Positions 9,426-17,430 of a DNA stretch of 64,000 bases are shown one piece after another. The DNA comes from a virus. Taxonomy: Duplodnaviria; Caudoviricetes. Every line of letters starts with the position of its first letter. Within the stretch, counting starts at the first letter, position 1. Location of the stretch: positions 64,001 to 128,000 of IMG/VR virus record IMGVR_UViG_3300028805_000057. One strand, written 5' to 3'. Made by a program: the position numbers and the translations under genes. The notes under the pieces were generated by a model. It had not been told where the DNA came from. It searched no databases and saw only the letters and a program-made list of their open reading frames with translations.

Positions 9426-9523
9426 CCCCGGGGGGTGCGAGGGGCTGCATGGGACTGTTCGTTCGAGCGCCACTTCGAAAATTCTCCGGGGGGATCTGCT
9501 GATATTTGAGTTTATACCCGGGG
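9426..9523. other. putative cos/packaging region; candidate 3' overhang CGCCACTTC (9468-9476)
   Basis: GC-rich intergenic segment with CCCCGGGGGG, CTCCGGGGGG and CCCGGGG boxes around CGCCACTTCGAAAATT, upstream of the terminase/HNH genes. Confidence 0.6.
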
Positions 9524-9747
9524 CTTTCCCAGTGAGGTTGATTCACTCTAAAGCTCCATTGTCTCGCTAGGTTCGTCTCCTTATCCTTTAAGTGATAAAA
9601 GGTTGGTAATACAAAGGCTTTACAAGATCGCTAACTAAAAACGCCAACCCATAAGTCACAGCGGTATTAGCTTAGTCTTACGCCCAATAAACTACGGCTA
9701 AAGTGTGTCAGTGGAGCTTTAAAGTGTAGTTAACCTCACTGTAAAGC
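9523..9747. ncRNA. long-range structured element upstream of the packaging genes
   Basis: 9530-9561 CAGTGAGGTTGA..TAAAGCTCCATTG pairs with 9709-9741 CAGTGGAGCTTTA..TTAACCTCACTG; inner GGTTGG/CCAACC stem. Confidence 0.5.
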
Positions 9748-9771
9748 AAATAGAGAAGGAAGGAAAAGTGT

Positions 9772-10140
9772 ATGAAAGAAGCCAAGAGAGTGATACCAAA
9801 CACTCCGGTATTCCCGCCAGCGTCTTCTGATGAGGAACGGACAATGCAGATGGGCTCTCTTGCAATGGACTTAGCAGAAATGAGAATGCGTGAAGGTATT
9901 GCTTCCTCTGCTGAAATATTATACTTTATTAAAGCAGCCTCACCTGAAGCAAGACTTGAACGAACTAAGTTAGAAGAAGAAACAAAATTAATTCAAGCAA
10001 GAGTAACAGATATAGAACGTTCAAAGAATACTGAAGAACTCTATAGTAAAGCAATTGCTGCATTTCAAGAGTATCAAGGAATTGAGATTGAAGAAGAAGG
10101 TGATGAAGATGGTTACGGACCGTATCAGAACCTATACTGA
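9772..10140 (+). CDS. putative terminase small subunit
   Basis: First gene after the putative cos; helical 122-aa protein next to an HNH gene; positional call. Confidence 0.5.
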   Translation: MKEAKRVIPNTPVFPPASSDEERTMQMGSLAMDLAEMRMREGIASSAEILYFIKAASPEARLERTKLEEETKLIQARVTDIERSKNTEELYSKAIAAFQEYQGIEIEEEGDEDGYGPYQNLY

Positions 10141-10603
10141 GTTAATCCAATTTCTAACTTTTGAAGAACGATTTGAATATTTGAATCTTGGCGGAATAAT
10201 TGGAGTCGAAACATTTGGTGCATTAAGTAGTCGTTGGATGAATCAAAATTTTTACAGATCAAATGAATGGAAACAATTAAAGAATCAGATACTTATACGA
10301 GATAACGCTTGTGATATGGCATTGCAAAATTATCCAATCGGTAACACAAGAATTTACATACATCATATGAATCCTATTACCGAAGATGATATTGTTGAGA
10401 GAACACCTTTTCTCTTAGATCCAGAGTATCTTATATGTGTTTCATTTGAAACTCACAATGCGATTCACTTCGGTGACATAAATGTTTCAAGATTAGCAAA
10501 AGATCCAGTATTAAGACAACCAAATGATCAATGCCCTTGGAAGTCAGATTATCAAGTAGCACCACATGTTACTGCAAGAGGATTTGATCGAAGAAGTAAA
10601 TAA
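10109..10603 (+). CDS. HNH endonuclease (packaging-associated)
   Basis: FYRSNEWK..RD..C..IHHMNP..LICVS..THNAIH; likely start MVTDRIRTY at 10109 (track 10055). Confidence 0.85.
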   Translation: MVTDRIRTYTELIQFLTFEERFEYLNLGGIIGVETFGALSSRWMNQNFYRSNEWKQLKNQILIRDNACDMALQNYPIGNTRIYIHHMNPITEDDIVERTPFLLDPEYLICVSFETHNAIHFGDINVSRLAKDPVLRQPNDQCPWKSDYQVAPHVTARGFDRRSK

Positions 10604-10620
10604 GAAAGGAGAATACCATA

Positions 10621-11976
10621 ATGCCAATGCGTAATAATGAAATGTTATACAATGTATTTGCATACCATAAAAATCATATACAACATTATGGTACTCTTGG
10701 ACAAAAGTGGGGTGTTCGTCATTGGCAAAACTCAGATGGTACTTTTAATGCTGAAGGTAAACTGAGATATTTTGGAACACCTAAGAATAGAAATACAAAT
10801 GGAACTGTTTTTATTAGCGGTTCTTCTAAAACACAATTTGACAATAGTCCATATTATCGAGAAAAATTACCCGATCAGATACAAGAACAAATAAGGAAGT
10901 ATATGAATCAAGGTAAGACAATTCTTGTTGGAGATGCACCTGGTATTGATAGACAAGTACAAGATTTCCTTAAAGAAAATAACTATAAAGATGTAGAAGT
11001 TTATAGTCCAGGAAAAGAAGTAAGGTATAATGCTAATCCTGAATGGAAAACTAATCTTATCGATGTTCCCGAAGCACCACAAGGTTCTAGTGAATGGCTT
11101 GCCGGTAAAGATAAAGCTATGTCTGATCGAGCAGATGAAGGCTTAGCAATTGTCTTAGATGATGGTTCACAAGCCACAAGAAATAATATTTCAAGATTGA
11201 ATGAACAAGATAAAAATTGTGATGTATTTCAATTAAATAAAGATGGTAAAGATGGATGGACTAAATATGGTGACTTTGATGAAAATACATTGAAGAAACT
11301 TAAGAGTGAAGGTTATGCAAGAGATTCATATGAAAACGAAAGTGAAACAGATAATGGTTACTTAGATAATGTAGCTAATTGTATGCAAGAAGACTTCTCA
11401 TATGATGACTCAGATCATAAACTTCAATCTCCATCTCAAACATTTAAATACAAAACTGGTAATTGTCATGATCAGACTTTGTTTGAAAAAGAATTATTTG
11501 AACAAGCTGGATTAGAACCCAAAGCGATCTTTTTAATGGAAGTTGATCCTAATACTGGACAAGGCGGTGTTACACATAGTTTTGTGTTCTTTGAAGATCC
11601 TGACACCAAACATATTACAAAATTTGAAAATGCTTGGCGAGATAAAGCTGGAGTTGAAACATTTTCATCAATTAATCAAATGAAAGATTATATGGAATGG
11701 GAACATAAGAATAAAAACAACTTTGGCAATTCAGAAGTTTATCCTAAAATAGTTTGGGGTAACTTTGAAGGTCAGCCAGGTGACGATTTACAAGACATTG
11801 TTACTAAGAGCCTTTCTTCAAAGATTGGAGCAGATTCTTTTATTAAGGATTTAGGTTTGGGAAAGAAAGTTCTTAGTGCATTAGTCAAAACAAAAGACAA
11901 AGCCAAAGAAACAGCAAAGGAGATTTATAGTAATGGGAAGACGAAATTATTATCAAAATATGGAAGAAACAACTGA
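10621..11976 (+). CDS. leader-tagged protein: HYG module + SLOG/YspA-like domain + transglutaminase-like domain
   Basis: IQHYGTLGQKWG; VFISGS..ILVGDAPGID..KDKAM..DGSQAT (SLOG-like); SP..GNCHDQ..HSF..FENAW (Cys-His-Glu). Confidence 0.65.
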   Translation: MPMRNNEMLYNVFAYHKNHIQHYGTLGQKWGVRHWQNSDGTFNAEGKLRYFGTPKNRNTNGTVFISGSSKTQFDNSPYYREKLPDQIQEQIRKYMNQGKTILVGDAPGIDRQVQDFLKENNYKDVEVYSPGKEVRYNANPEWKTNLIDVPEAPQGSSEWLAGKDKAMSDRADEGLAIVLDDGSQATRNNISRLNEQDKNCDVFQLNKDGKDGWTKYGDFDENTLKKLKSEGYARDSYENESETDNGYLDNVANCMQEDFSYDDSDHKLQSPSQTFKYKTGNCHDQTLFEKELFEQAGLEPKAIFLMEVDPNTGQGGVTHSFVFFEDPDTKHITKFENAWRDKAGVETFSSINQMKDYMEWEHKNKNNFGNSEVYPKIVWGNFEGQPGDDLQDIVTKSLSSKIGADSFIKDLGLGKKVLSALVKTKDKAKETAKEIYSNGKTKLLSKYGRNN

Positions 11977-12196
11977 AGAAGTAGTCAATGAGACACCTGT
12001 TGTTGAAGAGGCTCCTGCAGTTGAGACTGTTGTAAATGAAGAACCTGCAAAAGTAGAAGAGAAGAAAGAAGAGCCTGTAGTTCAGAAAGCAGTAGTTGAA
12101 GAGAAGAAAGTTGAAACTCCTGCACCTGCACCCGTACCTGCTCCTATAAAGAAAGGTGTTAAAGAGGTTAAAGCAAAGGGAACTGCAACTCTATAA
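11933..12196 (+). CDS. Glu/Val/Pro-rich low-complexity protein
   Basis: 87-aa ORF, AAGGAG RBS. Confidence 0.6.
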   Translation: MGRRNYYQNMEETTEEVVNETPVVEEAPAVETVVNEEPAKVEEKKEEPVVQKAVVEEKKVETPAPAPVPAPIKKGVKEVKAKGTATL

Positions 12197-12208
12197 AGGA
12201 GACTTATT

Positions 12209-12559
12209 ATGGATGAGAGTATACTAACATCAATTAAAACTCAATTAGCTCTTATGCCAGAAGATGAATCATTTGACAGAGAGTTAATAATATTTATAAA
12301 TGCTGCGTTCGCTAGACTGACACAGCTTGGTGTTGGTCCAATGCCTCATTTCCAAATAGCAGATGATAGTACAACTTGGGATGAATATGTCACAGATATT
12401 ACACAAGAAGAAATGGCAAAAGTATATGTTTATCTCAAAGTAAAAAGATTATTTGACCCACCTGCTAATTCAACACTTGCAAAAGCAATTGATGAAGAAA
12501 TAGCAATGTATGAATACTTATTAAAAGTTGAAGCGGAGGATGATGCAGAATATGAGTGA
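12209..12559 (+). CDS. head-tail adaptor/connector
   Basis: SILTSIK..FD..IN..LTQLGVG..YVYLKVKRLFDPP pattern typical of this phage group. Confidence 0.65.
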   Translation: MDESILTSIKTQLALMPEDESFDRELIIFINAAFARLTQLGVGPMPHFQIADDSTTWDEYVTDITQEEMAKVYVYLKVKRLFDPPANSTLAKAIDEEIAMYEYLLKVEAEDDAEYE

Positions 12560-14276
12560 AGAAATGTTAGCAGTAATGCAAGAAGATGATCAGAATTCGC
12601 TTGAACATTATGGTGTAAAAGGCCAAAAGTGGGGACAGCGAAATTACCAAAATCCTGATGGTACTTATACGGATTTAGGAAAAGAAAGAAGACGAGTAAA
12701 ATTTATCCGAGAAGAGAAGGCTAAGAAAGAAGCTGATGCTAATGCGCATCAAAATGGTATTGAAGAATCAATTGATACAGATGTAAAGATTGGTGGCAAA
12801 GCATATAAGGATATGACTCGTAAAGAGCTCCGTGCTGCAAAGAAACGTGCAAGACATAACGAAGCTGAGCGTAGAGCACAGAGAGAATTTAATAGAGATA
12901 AAAAGCAAGCATTAGAAGATGGTGACATTGCTTTTATTTCAAAAAATATCAGCAAATTTACTAATGAAGAGATTGATGCAGCAATGGTTAGATACAAGAA
13001 AATGCAGGATTTGAAGAATCTTGATAAGGCTAACCAGAAAGATGCAAACCATTACATTGACAAAGCTTTACATTACTTGGATAAAGCAAGTCAAGCAAGT
13101 AAGTCAATCTCTAATATTGCAAATAACTTCAATGATATGTCTAAGAAGGCTGCTGAGAAGAAGAAAGCTTGGATAGATTATGAATATACCAAAGATCCTA
13201 GCTTAAAGCCTCTTACTGAGAAAGAGAAGCTTGATGTTGAGAAACAGAAGACTATTAATAAACAGTCAGAAGAAACTCTTGCTAAGATGAGAGAAGCAAC
13301 ATTACAAGAACAGGAAAAGACCAAGCAAGCGAGAATAGATTCTGCTAATAAACGTTCTTCACAGCAAGCTGAACTTACAGAGATTGAAGAAAAAGCAAGA
13401 AAAGCTCGTATTGATAACGATATGCTTGAACAAGAAGTAAGACAAAAGAAATTCGAAGCTGATCAGAAAGCAGTTGAGAGAGACCAGAAGAAATTTGATC
13501 TTGATATGCAGAAGAAAGCTGTAAAGGATCTTGAGAAAGCAGAAGATGATCTTAAGAAACAACTTAAAGACAGTATCAAACGAGAAATGACTTCTGAAGA
13601 GAAAGAACTCAGAGCAAAGTTAAAAGAAGTTGAAGAAGAGAAGAGAGAAGCTGAACGTAAAGAAAAAGAAGCACGTAGAGCAGAAAAAGAAGCAACTAAT
13701 AGAGCTAATGCTGAATTAAAAGAATATTTACGTAAGCTTGATGAGCAAGAAGAAAATGAAAAAGAACAGAGAAGATTAGAAAAAGAGCAAGCTAAAAAGC
13801 AAAAAGAGATTGAACGTACGATGCAAGAAGAAGCAAAGAATATTGCTAAACAGAATGAAGTTGAAAAACAATTAAATTCTATGACAAATGATGAATATTG
13901 GAATTTAATGTATTCTGGTCAGTCAAAGAATCAATCTAAACTTGGCTCATTCTTCTCTAAGAAAGATAAGGATAAAGTACATAAAGATAATAATCAGGAC
14001 TTTGATCCAGATGATAAAGGTGTTAATATTGTTACAAGAAAATACCTTAATCAGTTAAAAAATTCACCTAAAGATTACTTCAAAGAAAATCAGGTTCAAA
14101 CAGATCAGTGGAAGAAAGATCTGAAGAAGTATGATGCTGATGTAATCGATAAGTGGGTTAAAGATATGAAGAAGAAATATATGAAAGAAAGAAACATGGA
14201 TTCCAAAGCAGCTGAACAAAAAGCTGAGGAGTATGTTGATTCTTGGTTAGATGCCTATGACGAAGGCTTATTCTAA
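12528..14276 (+). CDS. leader-tagged coiled-coil protein (HYG module)
   Basis: SLEHYGVKGQKWGQRNYQNPDG followed by a long K/E-rich coiled coil; true start probably 12540-12552. Confidence 0.7.
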   Translation: MKRRMMQNMSEEMLAVMQEDDQNSLEHYGVKGQKWGQRNYQNPDGTYTDLGKERRRVKFIREEKAKKEADANAHQNGIEESIDTDVKIGGKAYKDMTRKELRAAKKRARHNEAERRAQREFNRDKKQALEDGDIAFISKNISKFTNEEIDAAMVRYKKMQDLKNLDKANQKDANHYIDKALHYLDKASQASKSISNIANNFNDMSKKAAEKKKAWIDYEYTKDPSLKPLTEKEKLDVEKQKTINKQSEETLAKMREATLQEQEKTKQARIDSANKRSSQQAELTEIEEKARKARIDNDMLEQEVRQKKFEADQKAVERDQKKFDLDMQKKAVKDLEKAEDDLKKQLKDSIKREMTSEEKELRAKLKEVEEEKREAERKEKEARRAEKEATNRANAELKEYLRKLDEQEENEKEQRRLEKEQAKKQKEIERTMQEEAKNIAKQNEVEKQLNSMTNDEYWNLMYSGQSKNQSKLGSFFSKKDKDKVHKDNNQDFDPDDKGVNIVTRKYLNQLKNSPKDYFKENQVQTDQWKKDLKKYDADVIDKWVKDMKKKYMKERNMDSKAAEQKAEEYVDSWLDAYDEGLF

Positions 14277-14294
14277 TAAATATGAGGTAAACTT

Positions 14295-16037
14295 ATGATA
14301 TCAAATACAGCTACACCGAAATATTATGGGCAATTTCGAGAAGCTGTCTTAAAAGGAGAAATACCAGTTTGTCAAACTATTTCTATGGAGATGAATCGTA
14401 TAGATAATCTTATAGCAAATCCAACAGTTTGGTATGATCCTGCTCCAGTAGAAGGTTATATTAAATTCTGCGAAAAAGAGTTAACTTTGACAGATGGTTC
14501 GGATTTAGTCCTACTTGATTCATTTAAATTATGGGCTGAACAAATATTTTGTTGGTATCACTTTGAACCAGCACAAGTATTTGTTAAAGGCAAGGATGGA
14601 CAACCTGGACATTATGTCACAAAAAATGTTCGTAGACGACTTACACATAAACAATTCCTTATAGTAGGAAGACGTGCATCAAAATCATTATATGTAAGTA
14701 CAATACAAAATTACTTCTTAAACATTGACAACTCTACAACTCATCAAATAGCTGTAGCACCTACAATGAGACAGGCTGAAGAAGTAATGTCGCCCATAAA
14801 AACAGCCTTAGCAAAAGCAAGAGGACCATTATTTAAATTCCTCACAGAAGGTTCTATTAATAATACTACTGGTTCTAAAGCAAATAGAGTTAAAGTTGCA
14901 TCTACAAAGAAAGGTATTCAGAACTTCCTTACAAATTCACTCTTGGAAGTAAGACCACTTTCGATTGATTCGCTTCAGGGTTTGCGCTGTAAAGTCGCAA
15001 GTCTTGATGAGTGGTTATCAGGAGAAACTAAGGAAAATCCTATTACCGCTATTGAACAGGGTGCAAGAAAGATTCCTGATTGGTTAATACTATGTACTTC
15101 ATCAGAAGGTACTATCAGACATGGCGTTGGTGATACAATCAAAATAACACTAATGGATACGCTTAAAGGAGAATACATTGATCCTTTTACAAGTATATTC
15201 TATTATAAGTTAGATAACATTCAGGAATTAAATTATCCAGAATTATTTGTAAAGGCTAATCCTAATATTGGTTATACAACATCATTACAAGATTATATAC
15301 AAGAACGCGATAGAGCAGAAGCGTACCCCTCGGAACGTAATGACATACTCGCCAAGATGTTTAATATACCAATGGAAGGTTATACGTATTACTTTACATA
15401 TGATGAAGCAACACCTGGCCCTTATCAAGAATTTTGGAATATGCCTTGTGCAATGGGTTGTGACTTATCGCAAGGAGATGACTTCTGTGCTTTTACATTT
15501 TTATTTCCTCTTGGTAATGGAAAGTTTGGTATTAAGACAAGAAGTTACATAACCACTTTAACTCAATCAAAGTTAACATTGGCAACACGATTAAGATATG
15601 ATGACTTTATTAATGAAGGAACTTTAGTTGTAATGGATACAACTGTTTTGGATTTAAATTTAGTTTATGAAGATCTAGAACAATTTATAGCATCGAAACA
15701 ATATGCTGTAGAATGTGTAGGATATGACCCGTATAATGCAAAAGAATTTATTGAAAGATGGGCAAGGGATAATGGACCTTATGGTATTGAGAAAGTTATA
15801 CAAGGTGTTAGAACTGAATCAGTACCCCTTGGAGAGTTGAAGAAACTGGCCGAAAATCGTATGCTTCTCTTTGATGAACAGCTTATGAGTTTCGCCATGG
15901 AAAATTCTGTTGTATCAGAAGATTCTAATGGTAATAGAAAACTTTATAAGAAAAGACATCAGGATAAGATTGATAATGTATCGGCACTAATGGATGCATT
16001 TGTTGCATACAAGTTAAATAAAGATTACTTCGAGTAA
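14295..16037 (+). CDS. terL: terminase large subunit
   Basis: Walker A-like VGRRASKS, LDEW Walker B, TSSEG, nuclease motifs GCDLSQGDD, GYDPYN, KIDNVSALMDA. Confidence 0.92.
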   Translation: MISNTATPKYYGQFREAVLKGEIPVCQTISMEMNRIDNLIANPTVWYDPAPVEGYIKFCEKELTLTDGSDLVLLDSFKLWAEQIFCWYHFEPAQVFVKGKDGQPGHYVTKNVRRRLTHKQFLIVGRRASKSLYVSTIQNYFLNIDNSTTHQIAVAPTMRQAEEVMSPIKTALAKARGPLFKFLTEGSINNTTGSKANRVKVASTKKGIQNFLTNSLLEVRPLSIDSLQGLRCKVASLDEWLSGETKENPITAIEQGARKIPDWLILCTSSEGTIRHGVGDTIKITLMDTLKGEYIDPFTSIFYYKLDNIQELNYPELFVKANPNIGYTTSLQDYIQERDRAEAYPSERNDILAKMFNIPMEGYTYYFTYDEATPGPYQEFWNMPCAMGCDLSQGDDFCAFTFLFPLGNGKFGIKTRSYITTLTQSKLTLATRLRYDDFINEGTLVVMDTTVLDLNLVYEDLEQFIASKQYAVECVGYDPYNAKEFIERWARDNGPYGIEKVIQGVRTESVPLGELKKLAENRMLLFDEQLMSFAMENSVVSEDSNGNRKLYKKRHQDKIDNVSALMDAFVAYKLNKDYFE

Positions 16038-16057
16038 AATCAAAATAGAAGGAGATA

Positions 16058-17407
16058 ATGATGGATTTCAAGAATAGAATCAAGCATGCCTGGAATGCAT
16101 TTATGAATAAAGATCCCACTCCAACGGTGGATTTAGGTCCAAGTTCATATTATTATCCAGAGCGAACGCAAACAAGAACACAGACTGATCGTTCAATGAT
16201 TACATCAATATTTAATCGTATTGCGATAGATGTATCTACAGTAAGAATATTACAAGCAAAGGTTGACGAATTAGGTAATTATATAGAACCCATGAGAACT
16301 CCTTTGAATGAATGCTTACAAGTTAGTGCAAATATTGATCAGACTGGACGAGCATTAATACAAGATGCAGTTCAGAGAATGTTTAGAGATGGAGTTGTTG
16401 CATTAGCTCCAATTGTATCAGATGATAATCCTAATGAAACTGGTACATTTGATATATACGATATTCGATGTTGTGCAGTAACACAATGGTATCCTCGAAA
16501 AGTCGAAGTAGAAGTTTACAATGACAAGAAAGGAACTATTGAGAAATTATTACTTGACAAAGAGATCGTATGTATTATTCAAAATCCTATGTATGAAATA
16601 ATGAATGCACCAAGTTCATTACTTAATAGGATTTTTAAGAAATTGAGTTTGCTGGATGTAGTCGATAATGAGAATGCATCTAATAAACTAAATATGATTA
16701 TTCAAGTACCTTACTCAACAAGATCTCAGCTTCATCAAGATAATGCTTCGAGACGAAGAAAAGAGATTGAAGACCAATTAATTAATAATCCTTATGGTAT
16801 TGCCTATATGGATGTTAATGAAAAGCTTATTCAATTGAGTAGACCTCTTGAATCAAATCTCCTCGAACATATCAAATATTTGATGGAGACTTATAAGAAT
16901 CAACTTGGTATCACCGATGCAGTTTTAAATGGAACTGCGAATGAAACAGAGATGAACAACTACATCAAGAGAACAGTTGAACCTATTTGTGCTGCTCTCT
17001 GTGATGAAATGAGACGTAAATGGTTAACACAAACTGCCCGTACAAAAGGACAATCCATTACGTATTACTCTGATCCATTCAAGCTTATACCTATTAATGA
17101 AATTGCTAAGTTTGCAGATGTACTTTCTAGAAATGAGATTATGACATCTAATGAACTTAGACAGAAGATGGGTATGCCTCCGTCAGATGATCCAAGGGCT
17201 GATGAGTTAAATAATGCTAATATGCCTGACTACGATCAAGAAAATCAAAATGAGATGATTCCTATGGAAGAAGAAACTAATCCTGGACAAGAAGAAGTTT
17301 ACTTCGATCCTAATGCTCAGAATCAGGAAACTGAAGAAGAGCAAGGTGAAGAGGAAGTTTATTATGATCCTGAAAGTAGCACTAAGACATTTAGCTTGTT
17401 TAAATAA
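16058..17407 (+). CDS. portal protein
   Basis: Between terL and protease; IFNRIAID, MTSNELRQKMGMPP HK97-like portal signature. Confidence 0.88.
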   Translation: MMDFKNRIKHAWNAFMNKDPTPTVDLGPSSYYYPERTQTRTQTDRSMITSIFNRIAIDVSTVRILQAKVDELGNYIEPMRTPLNECLQVSANIDQTGRALIQDAVQRMFRDGVVALAPIVSDDNPNETGTFDIYDIRCCAVTQWYPRKVEVEVYNDKKGTIEKLLLDKEIVCIIQNPMYEIMNAPSSLLNRIFKKLSLLDVVDNENASNKLNMIIQVPYSTRSQLHQDNASRRRKEIEDQLINNPYGIAYMDVNEKLIQLSRPLESNLLEHIKYLMETYKNQLGITDAVLNGTANETEMNNYIKRTVEPICAALCDEMRRKWLTQTARTKGQSITYYSDPFKLIPINEIAKFADVLSRNEIMTSNELRQKMGMPPSDDPRADELNNANMPDYDQENQNEMIPMEEETNPGQEEVYFDPNAQNQETEEEQGEEEVYYDPESSTKTFSLFK

Positions 17408-17430
17408 AATATTACGAGAGGAGAAAACCA

